In this document: piece by piece, positions 25,803 through 40,288 of the stretch
Position numbering within the stretch: the stretch's first letter is position 1
Layout: the number at the start of each line of letters is the position of its first letter
NCBI GenBank assembly: GCA_010093705.1
Contig: MU006105.1
Location: 163,960-227,959, forward strand
DNA length: 64,000 nt
Origin: Patellaria atrata CBS 101060
Lineage: Eukaryota
Direction of reading: 5' to 3'
Position numbers and translations under genes: made by a program
The notes under the pieces: model-generated
Told to the model about the DNA's origin: nothing
The model's input: only the letters and a program-made list of their open reading frames with translations
Databases searched by the model: none

Positions 25803-28800
25803 ATGGCTTCTCCCCCATTCAAAGTCAAGGCTGTTTACGAATATAATTCACCACACGAAGATGACCTAAGCTTTCCCGATGGACAAATCATTACAGTGAC
25901 GGAAGAGGAGGATGCAGACTGGTATATTGGAGAGTATACGGACGCATCGGGAGCTCCCCACTCTGGCTTGTTCCCTAAGAACTTTGTGGAGAAGTATGAA
26001 CCCGCACCTCCTCCGCGTCCAACCAGAGCTGCAAGACCAAAACAGACTGAGGCTCCAACCGCACCGGTGGAATCGACACCTGAACCGGTAAATCGGGAGG
26101 TCGCTGTTAATCGAGAACCTACACCTGAGCCTGCAAAGCAGGAAGCACAACCGGTTGAGCCGGAACCAGCAAAAGAAGAAACAAAATCGCCCGTTTCACC
26201 ACCTGTTTCAAGTCCTCCCAAAGCCGCGAAACCTGTAGTAACGGATCCCCCATCGGCTTCCAAACTTACACCAGGTACTAAAGCTCCTCCTCCCGTTGCG
26301 GAGAAGTCAAGTTCCTTCAAAGATCGCATTGCTGCCTTCAATAAGACAGCTGCAGCACCGATAGCTCCCTTCAAGCCCGCTGGGTTTTCTGGAGGATTTA
26401 TCAAGAAACCTTTTGTTGCCCCTCCACCATCGAAAGATGCATACGTTCCACCCCCAAGGGAGCCTCCGCCTCAGAAGCTATATCGCAGAGACGAAGACCC
26501 TGAGATTGCTGAACGCCGAGCTCAAGATGATGAAGAAGCTGAGAGAGCGGGCCTTGTCGGTAACAATGCACCTGGCGATTCGGAAGATACTCCGAAACCC
26601 ACAAGCTTGAAAGAAAGGATAGCATTGCTACAGAAACAGCAGATGGAACAAGCGGCACGGAGAGCTGAGGGTGCCCATAAGGAAAAACCCAAGAAACCAC
26701 CGAAGAAGAGGACAGACTCTCAAGGCCCAAAGGAAATCCCAGATCCTGAAGTTCCACAAGCTGAAAAGGTTGAGGCTGACGAGCCCGCGCCTCGTGGATC
26801 TTCCGAAGTAATTCGAGAAACGGGCCGCGCACCACCTACCAGGAGAGCATCTCATGGTCCCAGATCTCCTGAAATACGTGCATTGGACCGGGAACCCTTT
26901 AGCGATGCAAATGACGCGGACCAATCAGCTGCTGGAGAAACCACAGAGGACGCGGAAGGGACGTCGACTAGTGTTGACGACGAAGAGAGACCAGTCAACA
27001 ACACCCATACTTCTGCTCCTAGGACGCATGCTGCCCCAGCTCAAGAAGCCGACGTTGGTGATGAGGAAGATTCTACCGAAGAAGAGGAGGATGAGATGGA
27101 TGCTGAAACACGGCGCCGCCTTGAACTCCGTGAACGTATGGCGAAGATGAGTGGTGGTATGGGAATGGCTGGCATGTTTGGTCCGCCTGGTGGAATGCCC
27201 TTACCAGGAGCAGCACCCAAAAGGAAAAAGCAGAGTACTGAATCCAAAGAAGTTGAACAACCAGCAACAGATTCCACCCCAACCCAGCGGATACCGATGA
27301 TTCCGATCCCAGGTATGTCGCATGTGCAAAGCCCTGAACATACTGAACCCATTGTGGAAGAAGAACCAGAGATCACACCCCAGGTCACAGGAGAGAGGCC
27401 ACCGGAAGAGGTACCAGACATTGAGGATGTCAAACCACAACCACCTACTCGCAACTCAACGGAAGAACGCAGAGTACCGGTATTACCTCCACAAGGTACT
27501 TTGCCCTATCCGAGGAAGCCGGTACCTCCAGCGCATGTTCAACTGAAAACTCTTGTACAAACGATGGTCAGCCTCAATGCCCTATCACATTCTGACATTG
27601 ATGGGGACACGAGGACAAGACCTCGCCTACGCGTTTTCAGTGGGTTAAGCACTGGACTCCTGCTCCCTTACTTTTTATATTATATTCATCTCATCCACGT
27701 GCGCTGACTCTAATAGACCGACAAGCTCCATTACCGCCAACCTCTGAGGGAGTCCCACCTCCTCCTGTACCGGGTGACAGGACATCGATGTCGCCTACTG
27801 ATTGTAAGTCCTTAAAACAAAAACCTCGTTTGATAGAAATTAATTGTACTAGCTCGCCCTGCTCCACCTCCTCCAACTTCTACTATGGCTAAATCTCCGA
27901 CTCCGGGTTCAGAATCGGATGATGAAATGGGTGAAGCCAGTCACGAACTACCTATAAGAGGAATGGTCCTGGTAACTCCAAGCTCGGTGGCGCCTAGAAT
28001 TCCCATCCGACCTGATCATTCCGGTTCGCCAGAGACTCCAGCCAATAAACGGAACTCTTACTTTGGGTCTGACGCTGCTTCTCCTGGATCTCAAGCCGTG
28101 ACATCTCCAAGCGAAAAGCGTGCAAGCAGGCCTCCGCCTCCAATTCCTACCAGTCCAACTATGATTCCATCATCTGCAACTGTCCGTCCCCCGCCCCCGC
28201 CACCACCTACACATGCACCACCATCACGACAAAGTACCACCGATTTCTCTAAAGGGGTTTCCCAGGGAGAGAATGAGGAAGAGACGGAATACGAGGGCGA
28301 CTATGATACTGACATTGCTCCTGGAGCAACACATAAAGATGCTCTAAAAGCTCATGCCCGTGAAAGTAGTCATGACGACAGCACTATAGCAGATGACACT
28401 CCTGTTAGGTCGCCAATTTCTCAGCTACCGCCTCCTATTCCTCAGATGATAGCCCCTAGAGCCTTCCCACCTCCGCCTCCTACGCAAGCTCCGCCTAAGA
28501 GACAATCCATGGAAACTCCCAGAGCAGCGCCTCCACCGATACCTCACCAAAAGGAAGTTCGTCTAGTAGAGGAAGGAAACGACTATGATCCGTATCGCTA
28601 CTCTGGACCTCCACCAGTTCCTCGTATGGCTCCGCCACCACCGACTGCTCCTGTACCTTCTCAAGGTGCTCATGATTCTGATGATGAGGACGACCTCTAC
28701 TCAAGTCCACCTCCACGCCCATCTGTAGACAGAAGGCCGCCTCCACCACCACAGACTGCATCTCATCACGAGCGTATCGCACCCCCACCACCTCCGCACG

Positions 28801-29708
28801 GATACGCTCCACCACCACCACCGACGGGGGCTCCACCGAATCGAGCTCCCCCTAAGCAGTCATTAGATGTGGAAAGACATCCTCCGGGCGGAGGCCGCAG
28901 ATCAATGGATCAGCCACGTCCCTCAAGCGAGCATGGATACATAGCTCGTGATATCGATTTAAGTTCTGGAAATCAATGGTGGGCGCAGACCAACACTCCT
29001 CCAGCACCATTCCAAGGTCGAAAGGACGTTCTTTTTGAGGTTGAAGAAAGTTCTTCTACAAAGAGAGGAGGCAAGACCACTATTTCAAAGGATGTCTACG
29101 TACTCTTCCAGGACTATTCGCAAACAATTGTTACAGCTAGATTCGATGCCAAAGACATCAACGACGTGTCATTAGAACAACGACATGAACCTCCACCTGC
29201 GCAACTACGACAGGACCAATTAGAAGAAGCTTATTCTAAGTTTGGTCGTTCAATACACCAAGCTGTCACCTCGAAGCAGAATACTACAGTCGGTGATGGT
29301 ACCCCACAGGGTCTCGTGCAAGAGCTTTTCCGCCCACTTACCTCAGCTTTAGCTTCAGTGGGAACGCGGGCATATGGAGCACTTGTGTACGCTAACATAG
29401 CCAACGCATCCGTACAGCAATTCGATGAGATTAGGCCTGGCGACATCATCACTATTCGTAACGCTAAGTTTGAGGGCAAGCATGGAGCGATGCATGCGAA
29501 ATATAAGACTGATGTAGGTAAGCCTGATCATGTCGGTGTGGTGGAAGAGTGGGACGGAACTAAGAAGAAGGTGAGAGCGTGGGAACAAGGTCGCGAGAGT
29601 AAGAAGGTTAAAGTGGAGAGCTTCAAGATTGGGGATCTTCGTAGTGGTGAGGTGAAGGTGTGGAGAGTGATGAGTAGAAGTTGGGTCGGATGGGATGATG
29701 GTAATTAA
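25803..29708 (+). CDS. BBC1: SH3-domain, proline-rich myosin-tail-interacting protein Bbc1/Mti1
   Basis: N-terminal SH3 (VKAVYEY..DDLSF..DWYIG..GLFPKNFV), SFKDRIAAF and SLKERIALL motifs, LRERMAKMSGG, polyproline tracts, conserved C-terminal domain (IRPGDII..HVGVVEEWDGTKKKVR..LRSGEVKVWR). Introns 27496-27716 and 27804-27852. Confidence 0.9.
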
Positions 29709-30005
29709 GGTAGTGTCCGGTGTAGAATTAGAAAAGACCATTATGGCGACTTTGTATATTTTTGAGGGAGAATTGACCCTATAATCAATTTTCTAGCCCG
29801 TAGCCATCAATGTTCTATGAAAAGAAGTTTCTGAAATCAGATATCGAATGCACCTTTGGTATGTGCAGTCACCCGTAATAAATTCTAACTTCTTCAACAC
29901 GGCCAATCGAAGAAACCTCTACCATCTCAATTTATCAAAGCCCTCCGAGCTCACCATCCGTCAATTGGACGCTGGTGCAGTTCTTAGGGATAACTTAATA
30001 CCACC

Positions 30006-31442
30006 ATGTCGTTATCCTCGCGATCACCCACGGCCCGATTGCTACGTAACTCGCGGCTCTTCTCTCTTCCCCAACCACTCCCCCGCCCAAGTCATGATTC
30101 TAGTCTTGCCGCTGGCATAGTTCGAGCATCGGATACGGCTACATTACCATACCCAACTCATCAAGCGCTCGCTACACCTACTTCATCCCGTTCAAGAGGT
30201 GATTGGGGATTAAAGCGACCGCTTCCCCTGCGCTCAACCACGAACACCACCACTCCTTCGGTCCGAATAAAGGCCCTCGACACCATCGAACACATCACTG
30301 ATTATGAGTCTGCAGCTGATCATACCCGAACGTTGGTGAAATGGCAGGAGATGAATATACCCCTTGTGGTGCATGAGCAACGGACGAGGAGTTCCATGTC
30401 GCAGGTTTATGGCAAGCCAAGGAAGAGCGTGTTCGAGGATTCCATTGATAACACTGCAGTCAGTGAAGCGGAAAGAGCAACCGTGACTAGCGATAAGCGG
30501 TGGAAGTTTGATGGTCCGTGGATAGCTGGTATGAAGCAGGGCGAGTTCCGGTACTACCTCGAGAACGTTGTAAAGCGCAAAAAAATGACATTTAATGTGT
30601 ATTTGCGCAAGCACATACGGGAGCACCTCACCAAAGGCAAGATGTATGAAATGAGGGATAAGGGCGCCGGGGCTGCGGAAGCAGGAGATATCCATATCAC
30701 AGGGGAAGAGTATGCGGATTATATCAAGAAACTGCGTAGCGATACGACCCTCAACTCCGAACTTTCCCGTCTGATCCGTGACTTCCTCGACCTCCCTGGC
30801 ACGGGCGAGTCTGAATCTGGCGCCAACCAAAGGAGCCCTCTTGCCCGCCTCGAGGTCAGAGATGTCACTGATGCGGGACCGCCGAGTACGCATCCTTCCG
30901 CTGGTCTGTCGTACCTCCGCACCGATTCTTTCTTGGAGAATCATCCGGTGCTCGGCCCGTTACATAAGAAACTTCCTATCCAAGCGCGCATCGTCAGCGG
31001 GCGGTCAAGCAACTTCACTCGAGGCGCTCAACGCCCAAAATTGGGTGTTGGTGGTGTTATCACAGAGCTCTACACTGATAGTCACGAGACGGCCAGAATG
31101 GACTTGGAGACAGAGGGCGGGGCGAAGATCTGGGTGCACACGGTTCAAGCTAGTGTAGATCCCAGGGGTAGGATTGATCTACGGATTGTCAAAGCAGATG
31201 ATGTATCGGCTATGATTGCGGAGGGTAAGGTGGATAAGCCGGTCACGATGTTTAGGACGCAATCAGAGCCCAGGCCTTTCTCTTCGAGACTTAATGAGCC
31301 GTTGGACAGGAGGGGGAGGAGCAGGATGGGGTATGGACTCAGCGGCGCCAGTGCTGGCTTAGGAAAAGGAAATCGCATGAGTGATGAGACTGCGAATGCA
31401 CGAGCAGACTCCTTACTTGGAATACTCGATCAGGCAAAGTAG
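30006..31442 (+). CDS. MRP51: Mitochondrial small-subunit ribosomal protein Mrp51 (bS1m)
   Basis: Arg/Ser-rich presequence, LLRNSRLF, PTHQALATPTSSRSRGDWGLKRPLP, THPSAGLSY; intronless 478 aa. Confidence 0.85.
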   Translation: MSLSSRSPTARLLRNSRLFSLPQPLPRPSHDSSLAAGIVRASDTATLPYPTHQALATPTSSRSRGDWGLKRPLPLRSTTNTTTPSVRIKALDTIEHITDYESAADHTRTLVKWQEMNIPLVVHEQRTRSSMSQVYGKPRKSVFEDSIDNTAVSEAERATVTSDKRWKFDGPWIAGMKQGEFRYYLENVVKRKKMTFNVYLRKHIREHLTKGKMYEMRDKGAGAAEAGDIHITGEEYADYIKKLRSDTTLNSELSRLIRDFLDLPGTGESESGANQRSPLARLEVRDVTDAGPPSTHPSAGLSYLRTDSFLENHPVLGPLHKKLPIQARIVSGRSSNFTRGAQRPKLGVGGVITELYTDSHETARMDLETEGGAKIWVHTVQASVDPRGRIDLRIVKADDVSAMIAEGKVDKPVTMFRTQSEPRPFSSRLNEPLDRRGRSRMGYGLSGASAGLGKGNRMSDETANARADSLLGILDQAK

Positions 31443-32020
31443 GAGGAGGTAGATGCGGAGAGTATGTAATGTACATGTATGATACTGTCAGAGATATATT
31501 CTTATAAGGGCTTGTATTGTACAGTACATTCCTCTTAGGGCTTTTATTCCGGAACACTTCTAGACTCCAATCTAACAAAGAACTAGAGTTATACTAATCA
31601 AAGAAGCAATACCTCAGTCTAGGTTATTTATTAGTTGTTTATTGTCTGTTGGATACAAGTAAATCCGGGCATCGGGCCCTTAAGTGGGGGAGTTCCATTC
31701 AATTCCTTGAGTTCACCCAACTGGAGCCAACTGCAGTCAATTGCCTACTCCGGAGCCTCGACCACGTAAACTTACAGGAAACTGCTTCCAACACCTATTT
31801 ATACCCATTTGATACCCGCCCGACCTCTTCCTTTTCCTTACTTTACTCCAAACTTACCCTACCTCACTCCAACATTCTCTACAAATCCCTACACATAACC
31901 AATTGATCACCTACAAAGTCCACAAACAACTCATAACCCTCACTACTACCTCTATAACACGTCTAAGACACTCTTTTCTTTTGGAAGTTCCTTTAACACC
32001 AGAATTGGAGACAAGGAAAC

Positions 32021-32501
32021 ATGGATCTCTTCAAGAAAGCTAAACGCCGCTTCAGCATGAAGGATAAGGATCAAGATCGTGAGTGTCTTCCCACCTCATT
32101 CCCCTTACCCTTTCTCCCCTCCTCTAACCCCACTTACGTCACACCTCTTCCCAACTTCTAACAAAAACCCACCAGCCGACTACTCCGCCGACGAAGCAGA
32201 TGAAGAAACCCACGGCACCCTCAGCAAAGAGATCGACGAGGCCGAGAAGCACGGCTACGACACCGGCAAGCCCGGCGGCTTCCTGAACAAGCTGATCATG
32301 TACGGCAACCGCAAGACGGAAGACGAGATCCGGAGCGGGATGGCGAGTCGTGGTGGAGACGGCACGGGCGTGCCTGCTGGAGCGGGTACTACGACGTCGG
32401 CGCTGAAGGGAGCGGAGGGCACGCAGGGGATGAGGGATGGCGCTGCTGCTGGAGCGGCGTCCGCACCGGCTGACGGGACCAGTACGACTGCTGCGGTCTG
32501 A
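32021..32501 (+). CDS. Small hydrophilic hypothetical protein
   Basis: ATG 32021 (MDLFKKAKRRFSMKDKDQD), intron gtgagt 32079 to ccaccag 32175, exon 2 with strong codon bias (YDTGKPGGFLNKLIMYGNRKTE) and Gly/Ala/Thr-rich tail. Confidence 0.7.
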
Positions 32502-32707
32502 AGGGAGTGTGGGTGGGAGATAGGGTAGACGAGAGGAAGGAAACATGTGAATAGGGGAGAGAGTCCATGTGGTCCTAGATGGGTGTTGGGAGGAGACGAT
32601 GGGATGGTAGATAAGAGCATATCTGGGTAAAAGCTTCGGTTCAGGGCAAAGAGACAATACGAACGATTATCGTCTATACGACCTTCATATTTCATTTGAT
32701 TCAACCC

Positions 32708-34302
32708 TTAATCCTCCATCAGATCTACACCCACCCCCTTAAGTGCACCCACCGCCCAAGTCGGATATTTACTCTTCTCTAGATACAACTTCGCAAAGAA
32801 CCCCCTAATGAACCCCGGAAACCTATCCTCCACAACAGCCTCCCTAATCCCCCTCATCAGGTTCAACTGATAATGCACGTTATGCATCGTCAGCAGATGC
32901 GCTCCCGCCGTCTCCTTACTCGCAACGTGGTGGATGTAAGCTCTCGTGATGCCCAAGCCTCCATCTCCCTGTGGGCGACAGCAAGCGCACGTACAGCCAT
33001 CTTCGATGGGCCGGAAGTCCGTGGCGTAGGAGGCGTGGCGGAGGTTCAGGGTGCCGGACGAGGTGACCGCGTTACCGAAGCGGGCGGTCCGGGTCGGCCA
33101 GACGCAGTCGAACATGTCCGCGCCGAGAGCGACGGAGACGACGAGGTCTTCGGGGTAGCCCTATCGCAAAAAGGTAAGTTAAGGGCCCAGTCGAGGTTAT
33201 CGTAAATACAGAATAGGGGTTTGAAGGGGAAACTCACGACGCCCATGACGTATCTCGGTTTCTTCTCTGGGAGCAGACCGGTACAGGTATCCACGACTCT
33301 GCAATAGGCCTCCTTGGCCTCGCCGCCGGAGAGACCCCCGATGGCGATGCCGGGCGTATCGCGCGCGACCATCTCTTCGCAGCACCGCCGTCGCAGCCCG
33401 AGGTCCAGCCCGCCCTGGATGATGCAGAAGAGGTTCTGCGTCTCTGGTTTCCGGTGCGCGGCGATGCAGCGGTCGAGCCAGCGCACCGAGCGCAGCATCG
33501 CTTCTTCCATGCGGGCGAAGTCGGGTGAAGTCGCGGCGATCACGTCGTCGAGCTGCATTATTATGTCGGAGCCGATGGAGTTTTGGAGGGAGATGGAGTG
33601 CTCCGGGGTGAGTAGCCTATAACCCGCCATCCCTGTTTTAGCTCAGATGAAGAGACTTCTGCGGGAGAAATCGTGGATGAAGGTGGGACTGACATCGGTG
33701 ACCCATCGTGTGGGCTTAGAAACCTAACGCCCTCTTCCGTCACTTTGGCAAGTTTGAGCAGAGACACCATCTGGAAGCTGGCATTGGGTCAGCGCGCGGG
33801 GATCGAATGGTTCAGGTGGAGCGAGCACCAACCCACCGCTATCTGCAATCTATAAGTCCATACACGCTGTACTGAAGGTTCTTGTGGTAGGTACCTGTAA
33901 GTATATTGTGTGGCCATGACTGTAGCTTGTGCGCGCCACCTATCGCATCGAGCACCGCTTGACCTGGTTTTAACCCTCTGGTACATGTATTAGTGGGCAT
34001 TTTTCAGCATGTGGGGTAAGACGCCGGGCAAGCCGTACAGATGATAGGTGTTATTGAGACATAATCTACAGTTCGTCTCCTCCAGTTGCTCTGGCGTGAG
34101 ACCTTTCAGGGACGCTTGAGTCGCGACGGGCATGAAGATGGGTAAAGGCACAGGTCCATGCGGTAGGGTGAGAGTCGCGGCGCGGGCTTTTGTGACCTTG
34201 AGATGGCGTTAGCAGTAGATTTGGACTGTGGTATATATAGGGCTTCACAGAGCATTTTGCTAATAGGTCGAATTTGAGAGCGGAAGGCATTGAGGTAGTC
34301 AT
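32708..34302 (-). CDS. QTRT1: Queuine tRNA-ribosyltransferase catalytic subunit (tRNA-guanine transglycosylase)
   Basis: [75 protein letters not shown], zinc site CTCACC...HNV. Confidence 0.96.
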
Positions 34303-34524
34303 AGCGAAGGATTTTGGGCAAGGTTGAGGATGATGGGAGTAACTAGGGCTGATAAGGGAAACTTCAGTACGTAATCACGAGATATCATTTCCATTATATC
34401 ACTATTAACTTTTGTATAGAACACATTACGCCCGCTCTTTTTCTACATGATTGATCCTTAAGCTGTCTCCAGTCATTTCAATTTGTACAGTATTGTACAA
34501 TATGCCATGCCTACTTCACAACCC

Positions 34525-35575
34525 CTAGACCTTCTTCGCTTCCCTCTCTGCCTTTCTTAAAGCCCTTTTCCTGATACTTTCATGCATAACCTTATTCTGC
34601 TGGATCAATATAGGATTAAAGATCCCCAGTACCTTATTGAAGAACCAGTACGCCAAGCCGTGACTCCAATACGGCGTCAAGGTATCCGGTACGCCAACCG
34701 CACCACCCGGCAACCCAATCTTCGCCAACGTTGACTGTACAAATGGACGCGGTGCAGGAATTAGGACGCTAGTTTTACGGATCTTGCTCATAGCTGATGT
34801 CACGAGGTAGGATTGTACGAGTTGTACCGTAACACCAGAACCCTTGAGCTCAGAAGCGAAAGCGGTAGACCAGAACTGTAAGAAAGCTTTGGAGCCGCTA
34901 TAAGTAGCCAGAAGAGGTGTTGGTGTAGCACCGCCCATAGATGCCATCGTCAAAATGAGGCCTTTACGGCGTTTGACAAGTTTAGGGGCGATTGTCTGCG
35001 TCACGCGAAGAGTGCCCAAGCAGTTTATCGTGATGATATCCGTCATCTCCTTATGCGGAGTCTCCAAAAACGGTACAGGGATAGAGTGCGATTGTCCTAC
35101 ATTGTTGATGAGGATAGAAACATCCAAGTCTTCGACCAGTTGTTGAATCCTAGCGTAATCACTATCCTTGTTCTCAGTAAAGTCCATCGCCAGTATCTTA
35201 GTCTTCACGCTTCCATTCTTGCTTTCAATCTCCTGAGCGAGTGCTTCGAGCTTAGATTGAGTTCGTGAGATGAGAACAATGTTGAAGCCCTTGCGGGCGA
35301 GCTGAAGTGCGAATTCTTTTCCAATGCCATCAGAAGCACCGGTTACTACTGCCCAGGAACCTTTGGGCCCGAAACGGGAGAGCTGGTGGGTTGTCAGTTC
35401 AGCAATTAGACTGAGTAAATGTGTAGAATTTGCATACTGATTTCCCTGGAAGGACAAACAGACTGAGCAAGACATAAAGAAAGCTCCAGCTCTGCTTGAG
35501 GATATACAGAGCACCAACCGCGGCGAGAACAACAGTAGCTTTTGGAGCTTGATCTATGAAGTCCTGAAGCGCCAT
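34525..35575 (-). CDS. IFA38: Very-long-chain 3-oxoacyl-CoA reductase (SDR)
   Basis: N-terminal TM segment, [26 protein letters not shown] catalytic motif, SAMSKIR, C-terminal ER-retrieval-like AKKV; one intron. Confidence 0.93.
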
Positions 35576-35917
35576 TGCGACCGTGTCGACGCGAAATATA
35601 TAAGAATTCAGTATGTAGAAGAGAGAAGATATCTCCAAGTCTCTCCTCAATTGACTCTACTGTTGACTCGAGGATTCAACGAGACGACAATTTTAGCTTG
35701 GCATAAGCAGTTGGAAGCTTGGGCCACATCGACGTCGTGGTTGGCTGATCTCTGCGAGAAGAGAAGCTGAGAATTGAGCGTCTGAAAACCCCTAAACGTC
35801 TTGATTTCTCCTGAACGAAACTTATCTACTGTAGTGAGAAAAACACGTCAAGCTCAGTATACACTATCGTCCCTGTTACTATCGTTTCAAGCCTCAATTG
35901 GCTCATCTAACCCACCC

Positions 35918-36441
35918 ATGGCCGCTCTATCCTCCTATTTTGGCCTGCCAGACCATGATGGTTTGTTGCCAAAGTGGCTGCTTTTTGTAAGTGGTTGCAG
36001 AGATTCGCTCAATCCAACACCTTATCATGGCCTTATCCACCTTCTAACACTTCAACCACAATATAGGTCGGTTCCGTCGCAACCCTCAATGCCTTCCAAG
36101 CCTACCGTAGCCCTCTATACACCGCACGCGTCTATCTCGGTACCAAATCCCACTTGAACCCCGAATCAACCGTCCCATCAGTCGGAGCTTTAGGCTCACG
36201 CGCATTCGGAACTTGGACATTGACAAGCGGAATCATTCGCTTCATCGCCGCCTACAATCTTGAGAATCCAGTCGCGTACCAATTGGCCTTTGCATCTTAT
36301 ATCATTGCTCTGGCGCATTTCGGGTCGGAATGGTTTTACTATGGAACTGCGAAAATGGGACCTGGGATTTTGGGTCCGTTAATCATCAGTAGTAGTACGC
36401 TGGTATGGATGTGGTTACAGTGGGATTATTACGTGACATAG
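35918..36441 (+). CDS. ERG28: Ergosterol biosynthesis scaffold Erg28
   Basis: GLLPKWLLFV, NAFQAY, SRAFGTWT..IR..AAY, HFGSEW..YGT, WMWLQWDYY; intron 35987-36066. Confidence 0.92.
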
Positions 36442-36604
36442 GGGGAGTAGACATTAGAGGGAATCCCCTTTGGTTGAAAAGTCCATTAAGGTGCAACAAG
36501 TTATTTGTGACGGGTGGATAAATAATGTTATGCAGATGTTGAGGAGTATTACCCTCTATCTCGTGAATCTGTCCATGTATCTACATCACCTTCCGAGAGG
36601 ATGA

Positions 36605-38068
<1,464 letters not shown>

Positions 38069-38369
38069 TCAATGTAAGGAGAACACTTTGAGTTTAGAGG
38101 GGTTTGGCGGGGCGAAGAGAATAACAATGACGTGCATAAGGCGGAGTAATTGCCAAGGACACAGATACTGCGGAGCGGAGCGGAGCCATGAAGCTAAGTC
38201 TAAGATGGACGCGCAGAGAGGGACAGGGGTGTAGCACAACGTCCGCCTTGCGATGCAATGTTTCCAAACTGCTGCTACTGCCATCAAATCGCTAAAGACT
38301 CTGTGGTTTGACATAGGAAGTTGAAGTCGAGTAGTAGATTTACTTACACCCATAAATCTACAGCCTATC

Positions 38370-39427
38370 ATGGCTGGCATGATGCCTAGTTCAGCTACCT
38401 CCTCCTCCAACCCATACACTCAATACGATAATGATGCGATCGAGCGAGACCTGATAGACCCAGATGATGGTTAGTTGACTGATAACTGCAAGTTTGTTCT
38501 TCCAGCTTAATGGTGCTTTAGCTACGCTTGATGATCTCGACGATCCCCTTCAAAGTTCCGATCGTGCCCCTTTAACGGGGAACATCCAATCTTCGTCTTC
38601 AGACAGTCGCAACACGCAATCCTACCTAACCTCTTCAGTCCCGGGAGAAGACCGAAGAGCTCCGAGTAATACAATTGACGAAACTGTATGGGAGACTCTG
38701 TCCCGTGATCTGTTGGCAATATGGGAAAAGCTGAAGCAAGTTATGTGGCCTAAATACATCCTAGGCGGCTTGATGCAAAGAGGAGGCGGTATTGGTGCGG
38801 AAGAAAGAGGCGAGGCCCCTGCTCTCGCAGAAGGAATCAGAGGTATAGCTGGAAGATGGCCCGATGCGGATGTTATACTGCAGGGAGGGATGAGTGAGGG
38901 CTTGAGGGATTGGGATCTATGGTAAGCTTGACCGAGCATCGCCGTCCCGTTACATGACTAATTCAGAAAAAGGGGTCCTCTTCTTTTCTGCCTTCTGCTC
39001 AGTTTCTTCATATCGAGGGGAACGGATAAAGATGATAGGGATCTCGCATTTTCCGGCATCTTCACTATGGTCTGGCTTGGTGAGGCAGTCGTCACCCTTC
39101 AGATCAAGCTTCTAGGGGGCAACATGTAAGTTTCCGCTCATACGCCCTGTACTAGAGAAGGCTAATATGAGATGAAGATCGTTCTTCCAGTCAATTTCCA
39201 TCATTGGATATACCCTGTTTCCACTGGTGATTGCGTCCCTCCTTAGCGCAATTGGTATTCCCTTCATCGTGAGGATACCAGTATACCTAGTGCTTGTTGC
39301 ATGGTCTCTTGCTGCTGGAGTGAGTATTCTTGGGGGCTCAGGTGTTGTTAGGAATCGTGTTGGAATCGCAGTATACCCATTATTTGTGTATTATATTAGT
39401 TTAGGTTGTCTTTGCCTGATCAGTTGA
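38370..39427 (+). CDS. YIP4: Yip1-domain Golgi protein (Yip4/YIPF6-like)
   Basis: TIDETVWETL.RDL, LRDWDLWGPLLFCL, VTLQIKLLGGN, SFFQSISIIGYTLFP, AVYPLF; three introns. Confidence 0.85.
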
Positions 39428-40288
39428 AGTACGAACGAAGCTGGAGGATTTGATCTTTGATATTATTGTAGTTTTAATAGTGGAGATTAGAACTATTTTT
39501 GGATTGAAACAGAAAAGATGGTAAATGTTTCCTTATCGTGAAGATTACAGTACCGAGGGCATGGATGCATATGGGATTTTAACGAAATTTCAACCCCACC
39601 AATGATTCAATCGGTTCCGCAACGCCCAAGTTCAAACCCTCGAACCCTAAAACGTCTCCCTCGTCCTCTCCCGCACACAGAAAAGAACACAAGCGCCAGT
39701 TCATTTAAACAAACAGCCATTCACCGCGCGCTTCTTACTTGAAACTTCTTATTTACTGCGTCTACCCTTCGCGTGTCTCGCTCTGACGTGTAAACCAGCT
39801 CGCGAAACCCGCTAACCATTCTCCTGTGCCTCACGTTCACGTTCCACTGTCTTCAGATTCGACTTTCGTACAACAAAGCATTACCGGTAGACCATATCAA
39901 TCACGACCGATCTTCTGTACTCTCCCGGAGCTACGCTTGCTATTGTTCAACACCAACTCCTCACCCACCAGCGACTATCCTCTTAGACGTCTTATCAGGT
40001 TGTGCTGACAGCTCATACCTCTCAGCAGCACGACGCATTCCTCTCTACTACGTTTCCCATACTCTCACCGAGTGATCGACTTCCTTCTATCCTGCACAGT
40101 TCTTCAATTTCTCTAATATACTTCGCCTTTGTAGGAGAGTCACGGTTCACTTAGCACAAGCCCTCAACTGCCAGAGCACTATCAAAGTCTACATCACACC
40201 GGTAAACCCGCAACCATATTTGCTGAGTATACTGTAACTTTCGAAAACAACACAAATACAAACCACAATAGATTCGAATTTGGCGGAA

